DNA of 64,000 nt from Geosiphon pyriformis uo1 (GCA_016748015.1 JAAOMT010000468.1:310001-374000); one strand, 5' to 3'. Shown: positions 1-14,350, counted from the stretch's first letter. Made by a program: numbers and translations. Notes: generated from the letters alone by a model not told the origin.

Positions 1-1205
1 GTTTTTTTGGTAAACTATTTTTAAATTTTTATCTTTGTTCTAAGGTTTTTTACCAGATTATTTTTGACATCAAATACTTAGTGTTTAATTTTTTAATTAA
101 TTAGTAAACAACAAAGAAACAAAATAAAAAAAAATAAAAAAAATAAAAAAAAATAAAAAAAGAAAATAAGAAATTAGTATTCCATTAATAACTGTAATCA
201 AAAACTATTGGTCTAGTGTAGTTAAGTATTAAATTCTATCAATATAGAGTGTTAATAGTATAGAAGTAATTAATATTCTTAATCAAGTAATAATAATATG
301 GGTTAAATAATAATTAAATATTTTATTAATATTAATATAATTCTATTTCAATTTATAAAAAACTATCTTTTGAAGAAAAAAGTATTGTTGTTTTAAACTA
401 AATTGAATATTTTTTCTGTTTTTAATATTCTTATTATATATACATAATTTATGTTATATAAAATTTCTTGAAATTTTTTAATTTTTTTAAAAAAAATTCT
501 GGAATTTTTTTTTTTACTATGTTTATTTTTGATTGGCTATTTTATCTATTATTATAATTCTTAATTTTTATGAATAACAACATAATGGCCAGTTTATTTT
601 GACAGTCGTGTTTTTTTAATAAGCTATCTTTAAATTTTTTATCCTTGTTCTTAGGTTTTTTATCAGACTATTTTTGATATCAAATACTCAATGCTTAATC
701 TCTTTAATTAATTTAGTAAACAACAAAAAAATAAAACAAAAGAAAATAAGAAATTAGTATTTTATTAATAGTTATAATTAAGAGTTATTGGTTTAGTGTA
801 ATTAAGTATTGGATTTTATCAACATAAGTTATTAATAATAAAAAACTGATTAATATTTTTAATCAAGCAATAATAATATAAATTGGATGATAATTAAATA
901 TTTTATTAATATTAATGTAATTTCACTTTAAGTCATAAAAAACTATTTTTTAAAAAGAAAGATATTGTTATTTTAAATTAAATTGAATACTTTTTTTGTT
1001 TTTAATACTTTTGTTATATATATATAATTTATGTTATATGAAATTCCTTAAAATTTTTTAATTCTTTTAAAAAAAATTCTGGAATTCTGGAATCTTGCAA
1101 TTTCTTAAAAAAAATTCTAGAAATTCTCTTTTTACTATACTTATTTTTAATTGGCTATTTTACTTATTATTATAATTCCTAATTTTTATAAGTAACAATG
1201 ACTAG
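1..1205. repeat. Tandem duplication of a ~600-bp AT-rich unit (two diverged copies, ~1-605 and ~609-1205)
   Basis: Co-linear shared blocks: ttagtaaacaacaaa at 101/713, agaaaataagaaattagtat at 161/741, attggctatttta at ~532/~1150. Differences are mostly transitions. No recognisable coding content. Confidence 0.8.
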
Positions 1206-2499
1206 TTATATAACATTAATGGCTAATACATATGATAACTAATAAAAATTATGGATTTTAACCATAATAATATCAAACTTAGAAACAAGTTTTTTAGAAA
1301 ATTTGGTAAAGCTTTTTAAATTATAAACATAAATATCTTGATTTTTTTTAGTGCTAAAATAATTTTTTATTCTACTTTTTTTAATATTTATGTTTATAAT
1401 TAAATTATCAATCAGTTTTATTGTAATAAATAGATTTGTGTTAAAAAAAATAGTTAAAAATATATATTAAAAAAATAAAAAAAACTTTATACTATTTAAA
1501 TTATAATAGTTTTATTACGAAAATTAACAAAACAAAGAGTTTTTTTTCTTTTTTTCAAATAATTTAAATTTTAATATTTAAAACAATATTAATATTTAGA
1601 TATTTTTTATTAAATATGACTTTTTTTTAAATATTAATCCTAATAATAATAATATTTAATTAGCTTAAAAATTAAAAATAATAATAATAATATATCTTAA
1701 TTATGAAAAAAAACCAAAAAACCAAAAAATAAAGTAAATGTAATTACAAATTAAAAAATCAACTTACTAATCTTAAAAATAATTTAACCAAAAAAAATTT
1801 ATTAATTTAATTTTAATTATATTAAAAAAATACTTAAAAAAATAATATATAAAATTATAATTAACAAAAACAAAAACAAAAACAAAATAAAAATAAAAAT
1901 CACAAAAGATTTTATAATTTTAAAAGTAATAAAAAAACAATTAATAAATTCAATATTGTTTTAACATTATTTCTATATTAATAAAATTATGTAAAAAGTA
2001 AAATACAATTTTAATATAATATATTTTAATAGTTTTATTAATATTACAATAAAAATTATTTATTTAATAATTAATAATAGTTTTTTTATTATTAAAATTA
2101 ATAGTGTTTTTTTAAAAAAAAAGAAAAAACTGTTTTAATTTTTATTTTATTATTACAATTTAAAATCAAGTAATTAATAATTTAATTGGTTTAAATTATA
2201 TATAAAAATATAATTTATTTTATTTTTTAAAACCAATAAAATTAACTAAAATTTAATGTATTAAATAATTTAATTGTGCATTAATTAAAACTAATATGTT
2301 ATTATTATTATTATTATTATTAAAACAAAAAAGTTATATTGTTTATAGTTAAATTAAAATTTTTTAAATAAAAAAACTTTTATTTAAAGCCAAAAATAGT
2401 GTTTTTATAATACTTAAAAACTGTTTTGTGTTTTTATTATTTAAAAAAAAAACACTTTAAAAAAATATTATTTAACTGTTTTAATTTTTAAAAAAATAT

Positions 2500-3008
2500 T
2501 ATTTTTTTATTAGTTTTACAAGTAAAATTTACTCACTACTTAATGACATAAAATCAAACAAAATTTTAAATTAAGTGTAGTTCATGCTTTTTCTACATGT
2601 AACTAGCCATTTAAATTAATTAAAACAATATTACATACTTAAATTACTTATTAAAAAAACATATTTTAAAAAACCAAATACAATCTAGATAAATAAAAGT
2701 GTAACTCAAAGCAAATATAAATATCTAACCTAATACTAAAATTGCAAATCAATTCAAAAGACCACAAAAATACCAAACCAGAAACCAAGAGAATATTAGA
2801 TCTATTATATAATAAAAAATTATGCTTTTTATAATAAGATCTTAACTTAATATTCGACAGCCAAATTGCAAATCTATGACTCATAGTAAAACCATAAACC
2901 AATTTGATAATTAATGCACTATTATCAGATTTAACACTTAAATAGCACACTGTATTAGTCATTTAATTCTTTAATATAAAATTCTTAAGCAGTATGATGC
3001 AAATTATT
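2500..3008 (-). mobile_element. Eroded 3' end of a non-LTR retrotransposon (ORF2 C-terminus plus 3' UTR)
   Basis: ORF 2666..2962 (IIKLVYGFTMSHRFAIWLSNIKLRSYYKKHNFL) aligns by eye with the ORF2 C-termini at 25477-26097 and 60312-60722. ctacatgtaactagccat (~2593) matches the 3' UTR motif at 25440. T-rich tail at ~2501. Confidence 0.75.
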
Positions 3009-3149
3009 TATAGTTATCAAACAATTTATGTAATTTTAAATTGTATCTAGTCTTCTAATTTTAATAATATTAAAAAATTAAACCATAAATATGATAGATT
3101 AAGTTCTTTTTTTTCACATTTACAGTTTAATTTTTTGAATTATATTATA

Positions 3150-4834
3150 ATTTATAAAGTTATTAAAGTTTAAAATTAGCCACTTTTATTATTAATTTTT
3201 AATTTTTAAATGCTAATTAATCAGATTTTAGCCAATCAGCAATTATTAAAGTCATATTACCACATAATAAATTATTAAAGTATTATTATTTTCAGAAAGA
3301 CTTTTAATTAATATTAATCTAATCTTTAAATGATCACTTTTTTATAAAGATATAATATCTCTTAGTCTATGTGTCTTTTGCTAATAACACAATATTATTA
3401 ACCATAAATATTCTATTCATACTATTACCATATTCGATTATTATTATTAGAACAGAAACTCAGATATTAATATTGTTTACATTAGACATTAAAGAAATTA
3501 TAAAAGTACTATAAGCAATTGTTAAATGTCATTTGCATTCTATTTATAACCTTGTGTTATTATAATATAGATACTTACTTTGAATTTACAAATAACTTTT
3601 CAATAACTATAATATTGCATTTCAAAGAATTATTTGGATTTAAAAAATATATGAAATTCTCTATAATAAAAATTTCTAGTTAAATTTAATATTTGAATAA
3701 TAAATTATATTAAAGAGAAATATAATGGCTAAAATACTTATCATATATTTGATTAAATTATAATTTAGTTTTAGAATTGGTTTCCTAGACTGTAAAAAAA
3801 ATTTTTGATTGTTGAATATTTCAACAACTTATTAAAATATAATATATAATAGCTTATTATAATAATCAAAAAACTTATATCAATTGGTGTTAATTTAAGA
3901 AAATCAAGTTAGAATTAAAAGATTTTTGGCTTTATCTTGATTGAGAAAACTGAAGTTGTCTTAAAGCCTATAATCTTAAATAGCTTTTTTTTATTAGTGT
4001 TGTATATTTTTTAATGAGTTTGTTTTGATGTAAAAAATGTATAAAATGTATTAGTTTAAGTAGATAAAACCCAGATTTTTTTGTAAAGGTGTAATAAACT
4101 TCACACTTATAAGAATTTAACATTTTTAAAAATATATAAATCATTATTAAAATACATGACATTTTCGAAATCAATTGCAAATTCTAATCAAATTTATAAA
4201 TAAATGATATTTTTTTCGAATTTTCTACTAATGTAATATAGAAAACATATGTTAAGTATTAAGCAACTGATGAAAAAAAAGTGCATAGTACTAATTTCAA
4301 TCATGTTTAAAGATCTTGGCTTTTTGATTACATCATAATATTCTGGATATTTTTTTTTGAATGGTAAATTCATAAATAATTTGGTATATTGTTGACTACT
4401 AAATATAAAAATAAGAGATCACAACTAGGCTGTAATACTAAAATTGAAATCTATCTCAAATATCCTTATTTATTATCTTTTTGATCAACAATTATTTGCA
4501 ATAAATCTTTTATCAGCTTTAAAAGATCAGCTTCAATTTGAAAATTGAGTTTCTTTTAAGTTGGTTGTTTAATTGTCAATGTTAGATTTTTTTGCCCAAA
4601 TTTTTTGTTATAAATTGAAGAGATTTTTGTGGTAACTATTTTTATTGATGTCACTTGAATTTTTGATTCAAATAATCTTTTTAATTTTAATAAAAATTTT
4701 TTTTTGATGAATACTAAAGGAGTTTTTTTTGATTGCTTCTTATTCAGAACTACAAAACAGAAATTAAAGTTTAAATTGGAACCAAAAAGATTTAAAAAAT
4801 AGATATATACCTGAATTAAAAACACTATTTCCAT
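3150..4834 (-). pseudogene. Degenerate intron-containing bromodomain + BAH-domain gene (Rsc1/Rsc2/polybromo-like)
   Basis: Minus-strand translation across eroded introns: LLQIIVDQKDN|SQQYTKLFMNLPFKKKYPEYYDVIKKPRSLNMIE|KIRKK...NLQLIFENVMYFNNDLYIFKNVKFL (bromodomain, ~4110-4530; a frameshift must be assumed). NFIYFLNPNNSLKCNIIVIEKLFVNSK (~3580-3660) resembles a BAH start. Many stops; two GT donors read AT. The 3' limit is approximate. Confidence 0.75.
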
Positions 4835-4933
4835 TGTAATACAATTTTGTTGTATAACATTACATAATTCAAATCTTTTAATTCTGTTTAAGCACTAATT
4901 ACACACTAAATTAATATTGTATCACATAAAAAA

Positions 4934-7065
4934 ATGCCACTTCATTCTAAAAAAAAAAGAAAAACTCAAGATTAAGTTAGAAATACAAAAAAATCATATA
5001 AAAAACATATTATATCACTTTAATAAATAATCATGATATTAAAGTAAATAAATTTAATAAACTGGATATTAGTAATAGAGAGTAAAATGATGATAATAAC
5101 AGTAGATAAGATGATACAAAAAATATGGAAGCTGTAATTAAAATAAATACAAAATTAAAAAAACTTAGTTTAATATAAAAAAATAACAATTATTTAAAAA
5201 AAAGAAGCAAGACCCTTATATAACAAAAAAGATACTAAAGTCAACCTATTATAATAAATATGAACCAAATAATTTATTCACCAAAGCAGTAGCCAAAACT
5301 AAAAAAATTACCATTTTTTTTAATATTAGTAATATTTAAACTACAAATTTATAATAATCCGAATCTAATGAATATTCAAGCAATTCAGAAAGTAAGATTG
5401 ATCCATATGCTAATTAAATAAAAAAAGTGCAAAAGTTAAAAGAACATTTAAAAAAACAACATGCTTAGTTAACTGTCTTCAAATATAATTAAAAAAAAGC
5501 TATTTTTGAATATTTTATCTTGTTAAATAATAATAATAGACATGAAAAAATTAATGCCAATTTGAAAATTGCCCAAAAAGTTTTTATTGATAATAGTATA
5601 TGAAAAGCACAAAAAATTTGCTATTTTGCAAAGTATTAGTTGTTTAATAATAAGCTTCTAATATTAAAACATAGAAAACACCAAAAAATAATTAGAATAA
5701 TTAATAATGAAGACATTGCAAAAAGATGTTATATTTGAATTAAAAACCAAAACTTCAATGTTATTTCAGCCACATTTAAAAAATTCATTAAACATGAATT
5801 GTTTCTTAATATTAAAATAATAAAAAAAAAAACTATTAGTCTTATAATTGCAATAAAATAGCTTAAAATTCTTGGTTATTTATTTCAACAACAATATTAA
5901 AGCTTATATTATGATGAACATAAAAGAAATGACGTCTTGCAATCTCAAAAAAAAATTTTAGAAAAAATATATGAGCATAAAAAGTATATGTCAAAGTATA
6001 AAAGTGAATTTATAGATCAAATATGTCTTAACTTACTTAATAAAGAGAAAAAAAGAGTTCTTATAGTCTATGATAAATGTATTTTTTATTTAAATAATAG
6101 CAAATATAACATATGAGCTAAGCATAGAAATTTGCCATTAAGAAAAAAAGAAATAGAAGATCAATTATGATCAGTAAATTTCTAACTAAAATTAATGGAT
6201 ATTTACATTTACAACAAAATAATATAGAAAACTATTCTAATATATTGGAAAAAACATAATACTATTTGCAATCTGGTATAAATTAAAATAATTATTAAAC
6301 AGCAAACTATCTTCTTAAACAATTTAAATATAAAGCAATTTCAATTTTTGAGAAATTATATCCAAATTGTACAGTCATATTTGCTTTTAATAATAGCTCT
6401 AATCATTTAGTATTTAATAAAGATGCTTTAATTACAAGCAAAATGAATTTAAGTCCAGGTAGAAAGCAATCATTGATGTGAAATATTTCTTTTGGATTAA
6501 ATAATTAATTACAATTGATGATTTTTCTAAAAATATATTCAGATGAAAAATATTAAAGATTGCTTAAAAAAATTAAACAAATATTAATAGAATAAAGAAA
6601 ATAGCTATCAAAAAAATTAGTATTAGAATGCCAAAAATGCAAAAAAAAATCAAAGATTTTTCAAAAGTTTTTTGTTGTACATATCAAGTAATATCTTTAG
6701 AATCTGATTTTCTTACTCAAAAAAATGTAATTAAAGAATTAATCGAAAGTATGGGACATAAATACATTTTTTTTCCAAAATTTTATTGCAAATTAAATTT
6801 TATTGAAAGATATTAGAGAGCTGCTAAAAAATATGCATGTAACAAATACAATTATTTATGGAAAGAATTACAAAAAACAGTGCTTGAAAGTCTTGAATCA
6901 GTATCTTTAATAACTATTAAACAATTTTTAAGAAAATATTAGTGTTATATGAATCTTTATAGAAAAAGTCTTAGTAGAAAATTAGTAAAATATGCTATAA
7001 AAAAGTATAAATTTTATAGAAAAATTCCAAATAATATTCTTGAAGAATTAGACAAATTAAATAAT
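4934..7065 (+). pseudogene. Degenerate DDE transposase (IS630/Tc1/mariner superfamily, DDE_3-like)
   Basis: Motif remnants in order: LYYDEHKRNDV (~5903), IVYDKCIFYLNN (~6063), FAFNNSSNH (~6380), FPKFYCKLNFIERY* (~6772) and the downstream YMNLYRK..YAIKKYK. These match the family consensus YxDGHER, HDE, FDNSSNH and PKFHCELNxIE. Confidence 0.85.
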
Positions 7066-7169
7066 ATTCAAACTTTGTAATACTGTATTTGGTTTTATAT
7101 TATAAAAATAAAAACACATAAAAATTATCATTTAAAATTTTGAACTAATCTACATTTTTGATGATTATA

Positions 7170-10100
7170 AATTGTTACATCATAACATGTACAAATCAGT
7201 AAAAAAATTGGCCTTGCTTAAAGACCAAATAATCACATTCTTTTTAGCAATGTTATTTAACAGCTTATTCTATTCCAAAATAATGTTTAATAATAATTTC
7301 TCTCTTGTATTGCTATTATGTATATATAAAAACAAATAATCAGAATTTTTTACCAATTTACATTAAATGCAAACCACACTTGAATATTTTAAATTATACA
7401 ATTTTTTTTTTTAGCTACAAACAAATAGTAATATAATGCTTTTATAAAATAAAACCAAAATATTACTGTTAATAAGCTAGTGTAATCAAAACAGATTTTA
7501 CTATTAAAATATTAGACACTAAAAATTCTAACCATATTAAAACAACTATTAATATTCATATTTACAGTATTTTTGCATACTTAGATTTTCAATTAATAAA
7601 TCCAACTGTATTAAATAAACTCTTAACAAAGTAACAAGTATTCTTAAAGACAAGTCTGTTTTTAATGCTAAAAAAATAGCATAATATCCAAAAGAGTAAA
7701 ATGATCTTAAAATTTATTGTAGTATTGACATAAAAATTAGCATATTTATTTCCAATAATGCCAAAGTAACTTTTAATCTTCTTCCAAGAAATTAACAAAT
7801 TCTTTCTCAAAATAACTTGGCAAATATGTTCTTTTTTAATTCAATATTTATTACAAAAATCAGAACCAAACACACCTTTATTAAAACAACACATATTTAA
7901 TAATATTTGGCTGTCTGTAAACAAATAACAAAAATATACAGTTCAAAACAAGAGTAATGGTCTGTAATTCTACTAAGATTAAGAACAACAAACTATTTAT
8001 CTTAACTCTTATACTTATATTAACATCTGGAAAATAAGCAATAGCACTTTTACAAACACCTACCAAGTCCAAACTTTTAACAGAACTATCTGTGTAAACA
8101 TTTATATTATTTAACCCAAAATTTAACAAATGCCCATTAACAAAACCAAAATTAAAAAAGTTGTTTTTAAAGATAAGACAAAAGTTCAAAATTCTACCAT
8201 TCAATAAACCACTATTCTTAATAAATGTGATCAATAAACTAAACCAGCCAAAAATTAAATCTTTAAAAATTCAGCTTTTTTTACTTACAAAAAGTGTTCT
8301 ATATAAAACATATGCCATAATAATCTAGCAACTGGTTTACAAAAATAATGCCAAACTTTTTAAAAAAATTCACCACACTCATATAATTATTTAAATTCAG
8401 CATATTCAAAACCAAAATGTCTTTTTTAATCTGAAAAACATTAAATAAATTGCTATACAAAAAAAACTGCAAAAAGTAAGAATGCATGTTGCATCTATTA
8501 GAAAACAATTTAAAAAGTCTATTAATAACTTAACTAAAACTCAAAAAGAGTGCCAAAGCATCTAATTAACAGTCTGCAAATTTATTACTTTGTGCTCAAA
8601 TAATTTACCAAGAATTTTATTTGTATTGACAAAATTAACCAGATTAGTCATCAAATTTTCTGTTAGCATTTACTTAAATATTTTAAGATCATATATTTCA
8701 AGATAATATAAAGCTTTATTAAAGAAATCCTTAAGCAAGTTAACCTTATGCTTTAGTTTCTTCCTTAACATTTTGTCTTATTTCATGTACACACTTTCTG
8801 AAACATAACCAAATTATATCTTATAATCAATAATAGACTGTAAAACAGCAGACACCAAATACAAAAATTGTTTCTTAGTAATAGTCTTTTTTAAAATTAT
8901 ATTTGAAAAAAACTTGATATTTAAATAAGTCTTGGCCAAGTTTAGTTTAGATAGACTATCAGTTAATAGAAAAATTTCCAAATATTTATAAGATTTATTC
9001 TTCTTGGCTATTAAAATTTTTGAATCACTAATAAACAGTACAGTCTTTTTAGTTCTTTAATTAATAAAAATGGTGACTGTTTTGTCTGCATTAATCAAAA
9101 TATTATTAATAGAAAAAAACTTATTTACAATATTTAAAATATGTTGTGTTGCCACTTTGTAATTACCAACTCAAATAGTATTATTTACAAAGATATTTGC
9201 TGTAAAAAAAAAAGTTTTGCTATCCTTGGAATTAGCTTTGCCAGTTTTTATAAAGAATTTTGAATTTATTCTGTATTTATACAAACTTTTATGCCTTTTA
9301 ACCTTATAAAACAAAAGATCATAAAAAATTCTTTACAATAAAAATAAAAAAACCTCTTTTTAATCAAGTGTATCATGAATTATAAACTCATCTAAAAGCT
9401 TAAAGTTTATTATAATCCAATTAATTCTTTCATTGTTAATACTTTTGAAAAACTTAATAAAGCATTTACATATTTTAATTTTAATTAAGCTGCTATATAA
9501 ATGGTGTCATTCAATCAAATCATATATTCTGCAAAACTAGTCACAATTTCCTATTTTTTTTTAAAGCATTTTCGACCACAAAACCTATAGCCAAAATTGG
9601 AATTTGTGTTAAAATACTCTTTAACACTAAAAAATTGTTTTTATGAAGTATTTTAAATTTGCTATAAGCAATAAAAATTCTATCAAAAAGAATTTTGAAC
9701 AGAATTTTCTTTGCTGTTTTAATCAAAGTAATAAAATGAGTATTTGTCTAGATTTTTTTTTATTCATACAGCTTAAGTATCATTAAAATCCAAATATGTC
9801 TCTACAATATTGAAATCTTATCTAAAAATAAACAAAAATTCAACAAATTCAATAAACATCTTAGAATATCATTCATATAATACTTTTATAATTCATTAAA
9901 TATGTTATTTAAACCAGCAGCTTTCTTATTTGGCAACTTTTTAACCACTCAAATCAACTTCTTATAATTAATAATGTTTATAATTTCAGAAAAGACTCAA
10001 TTATTTACATAATCTAAAAAAACATATTGTTTTGTCCATATCTTAAATATAGATTCTGAAATTTTTTATTTTTTGGTTTAGTTTTCTATTATCTTATTTA

Positions 10101-13100
10101 CTTTGAATTTAACTACATTAGATTCCAAAATCAACTTTTCATTAATTACCAAATGATTTAAGACTACTTTGTGAAAAAAATTTTCAGAATGCTTTTAATT
10201 ATTTGTTTTTTATCTAAGCAAAAAATTTTCATTTTTTTTTCTATTGTAGCATTGATGGCTGCAGATTCAGTAACTTTTAATTCATATAACTTGGATTTGT
10301 AATATCTTTTTTTGATTTTTGACAAACTACAAAAAATGTTATTTAATTTTACACTATCTTAAATCAAGCTTTGAATTTTTAAGACTTTTTTATGATCAGC
10401 AACCAGCCAAATTTGTAGAAGATAATCAGATTATACATTGTTTTCAATACTTTGGGCTTTAGTAAACTTGGTAACTAATAACTCCAATTTATGAAATTTT
10501 GATAACTGTTTATTATAAAAGCACTTTGCTTTATTATATTAATGTTTAGAAAACATTCCTTCTGTTGAATCTAATATTATGTTTCTTAAAATTTTTCATA
10601 TTGTACTTAAATTACCATTGCTATTGGCATTATTGAACTTATTTTTTACCAAAAAAATCAAGATAATAAGCAGTTCTTAAAACCAGTCCACTTAGAATTA
10701 TTTATATCTTTAATTTTAAATCTTTAATGATTTTTGGTAACCAGTTTCTAAATAATACTTATTTGTATATCCAGTAGACCATCTAATCTAACCAAGACCA
10801 ATACAGCTTTGTGGTCTGTGTTAAAAAACTCAAAGACATTAATCACTATTTGTTTAGTCACTAAAGATAAAAGATTATTATTTATAAACAAATAGTCAAT
10901 AACTTTTATAGCCTTTCTTAAATTGTTTTATGTAAACATTTTAAGCAAAGACTAATCTTTAAAGACATTAACTAGACCCAAGCCTAAATATAACCTTTAG
11001 CTTGAATTTTTTTTAAAACTATTTTTATTGAAATCTCTATTAACAATCACAAAAAAGCTAGAATTCACAATCTTAGCAACAATTGTATTATTTCTATTAC
11101 TTGTTCAACTTATGTTGCTGCAAAAGCACATATATACAAGCCTAAAATTGTAACTAAAAGCTTATTCTTAAAAAATAATTGAACTAAAATCAAATAACTT
11201 ATAATTTTTTTGATTTTGGTTATGTAATAGCCTAAAAAAACATTCATAATTATTGTTATATTAGTACTTGAAAAGTTTTTATTCAGTCTTAAAGCAAAGA
11301 TCTAAACTTTATTAAATTTGTTTATTATTCAAAACCTACAATTTAACTTTAATTTAGTTTTTATAATAATTGAAATCAAATACTCAGTATTTTTGTGCCA
11401 ATAAATAACATTCTTTTACTTAGTAAAAACATTGATACTTTGAACATTACATATAGCAATCTTCAAAACAAGACTGATCATTAAGAAAAATGTAATTTCA
11501 AGTCTAAACCAGTATTATTTGTTTTGGCCAAAAGACTTAAAACCATATTTAAGAAACTTTGTAAACTGTTTTTTAACTTTGAAATTATTAACTGATTCAA
11601 AAATGCCACTTCTATAATAGTTTTACTATTAGTAATTATACACAAATTCTTACTCATTACTATATTCACTCCTTAATTTTGTGATAATAAGATTATCAAT
11701 AATTAACATTTAGAATTAAACTGAGAAACTATTAGTTCAAATGTATTTAACTTTTTAGTCAGCTTACCAATTTGTTTTACAAAACTAGCAAAATTGTGCT
11801 TAAGAGCAACAAATCTGTTATTTACTTCTTCTAAAATAAGTAGAAAAGACTTTATTTCTAAAGATAAGCCAAAACTTAAAAAACTATTTTGTGTTAAAAA
11901 AAAACTTTTGCCTAAAAAACACTATTAAAAAATATTAAATAAATTACAAAAGCTGATTATTTGGCATAGATAGTAGTTAATTTGCTTTTATTTGCTTTAA
12001 AAACACTTTTTAAGATGATTTACCAGAAAAAATATATTTATTTACAACACAATTTAAAGATATATGGCCAAAATTTTATATTTCATATACTTAATAGAAC
12101 TTAAATAAGACTAGTATAAATTGGTGCTTCTCAATACTGACATTATATTCATAACAGCATTCAATAACTCAAAAAAATCAAAACAAATAGTTCTGTATCT
12201 GGTTTTGACATATGTAATTAAATAACAATTAATAATACATGTTTTTCTACCAATTAACTTAATGAAATTTCAAATATTATGTACATTTATTCCTACTAGA
12301 AAAGCATAAAACAATGTTTTATAACTGTTTTTCATATTCCATAATTTTTTGTTTTTATCTGTTTTGACAACTTATATAGTATTCTTTCTAATTAAGATAT
12401 ATTATTTTGCTATGACCAAATTGGTCTAATTAAAATAGTCAAATTCTATTACAGTTTTTTGCTATATTTTTATTAACTATATTTTAATTGATGTTACGAG
12501 ATGGTTTTCTTGCTATATTTAATTGCCAATATCCTGTTTTAATTGCAATTAGTCTCTTGTGAGTTCCTTAATTCTATTTGTGTGATAATATTACTGTTAT
12601 ACTGAAGATTTTCTCTTTAATGTTGTGATCTAAGTTATTTCTCAATTCCTAATTGTTGTGTATGTTTATGTACTCTTTTTCAGAGACTGAACTGAAATCT
12701 ATCCACTGTTTGAGATCTTTTCTGAGACTATTCTTGCAATTGTCTGATGTGTTTCTCTAATCTAGAAACACAGAATGTTAATAGTCTTTAGCACTTTTCC
12801 TAATTCTCACAATAAAGCTTTTATCAATTAGTAACAATATGAATAATCTTGATCAGGGATTATTTTTCTAAGAGATTTAGCTGATAAATGATAGTTTCAT
12901 TCGATAAATAATACAAGTAAGTTTTTTAATACTTTGGATTGTAATCATTCAGTTTTAAATATTTTTTTCATTTCTTTTTGATTTAAAGATATGATTTAAA
13001 GTAGAGTTTGTTGGATAAATTAGATCTATTGCTTGATAAGTTATGATTTTTATTACTTGATTGACTTTTCTCAATATTAAAGCTACTGTATATATACATG

Positions 13101-14350
13101 TTTGTAGTTCTACAAGAAAACACATTGTAATACTTTCTTTTTGATATTTTAATCTGGTGTTTGCTGTTATCATCAGTTGGTGTTGGCTGCTATTGTGAAC
13201 TGATGCTTGCCACTATCATGAGATGGTGTTTGCTACTATGTTAATCATTACTTTTCTAAAATTATTACTGTGCTATATTATAATTGAATAGTTTATATTA
13301 TTTTTATGATTCTTTTGCTAAATTCTTAAACCATAACATCGACTTAATTAATCCAAATTTAGATAACACTACATGTACAGTCTTAGATGAAATACTAATT
13401 GGGATTTTTTTTACTACTACAGTCTGATTTAATTATTCAGTGGATTTTTAAGATTGGTATTTACTAAGATTTTTGCACCTCTAATCTTTTCAAAAATCCA
13501 TGCCAAGTTTGATTCAAAAGTGAATATTGTTTTGATAATTCCAGCAAACTTTAAGAAAATCAAAGTCTTTTTAAAACCATTAATTTTTGAAAACAGCTTT
13601 CTAAACATCATGAGTTTTTTTTAAGAAAACTTTCCAATTATCTTATTCAAACTAATATTTATAGTAAATAATTTCTTAACAGAAATATTTATCAGGTTGT
13701 TTAAAGAAAAAAAAAAGTTAGTAAAGCATTTAATAATATATTATTATTATCATTACTTAAAAAGTTAATTTTTTCTAATAGCTTTCTCAGAACTTTTTTG
13801 GTCTTTATTTGTAAATTTTTAAAAGTCTAATTAAAATCTTTTTTTTTAAAAGCATTTTTTTATCATAGTTAAAACTGGTTTTTTTTATTAAACACTTTTT
13901 TTCTATGTTAATATTATTAAATTTTGTAATATTACTAGTATTTGAATTTTAAGAACAGTTACTTAATCTTTTAATAAAAATTTTTTTACTAATAATATTA
14001 TTTTTTAAAACACCATATCTTTTTTTTTCTAGATAAAATAGGTTTATTAACAAAACTAAAGCCAGAATTCTTAATAAACTTTTTTATAATAGCAATATTA
14101 AGACTAATAATGATCTTATAATTAAACAAAAATGGTTTAGATTTATTATATTGAATAATTAAAAACTTTTTTTTAATAAATTAACTTTTTAGTAAATTAT
14201 AAACATAGAAAAAAAAGAAGTTTTTATTTTTTAACTTTGTTTTAAAACTTTTATATATTAAAAATAAAATTAATTGTTTTTTTTACTTTTTGTTTTATTT
14301 ATAATTATAAGAAATACAAGAAAAAAAAACGAATTTTTTATAAATAGTTT
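7170..14350 (-). mobile_element. Heavily AT-eroded non-LTR retrotransposon (ORF1 + APE-RT-RNase H ORF2)
   Basis: Fragments co-linear with the copy at 25342-32184: ORF1 (13429-13611 FRKLFSKINGF), ORF2 start MISLVLKIAICNVQSIN at 11481, RT (9541-9726) and RNase H (7881-8234 VYTDSSV...VELQTI). The 5' boundary is approximate. Confidence 0.9.
12492..13338 (-). mobile_element. 847-bp LTR-retroelement-derived insertion (non-autonomous) nested in LINE ORF1
   Basis: Termini TGTTA...TAACA. Candidate 4-bp TSD ttga (12488-91) / tcga (13339-42). Removing the insert restores ORF1 SKFGLIKSIKI. A second LTR-end motif (tatcatgagatggt, ~13214) is followed on the minus strand by a TGG-initiated PBS-like tract. 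Confidence 0.7.

Larger units (their letters stand above)
3011..7167. mobile_element. Putative Tc1/mariner-IS630-like DNA transposon (eroded), inserted between two LINE fragments and carrying a cargo gene
   Basis: Transposase remnant at 4934-7065. Candidate short TIRs tagttatcaaa (3011-3021) and tttgatgatta (7157-7167; reverse complement taatcatcaaa) differ by two transitions. Each is flanked by TA (3009-10, 7168-69) and lies close to the LINE junctions. Confidence 0.5.
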
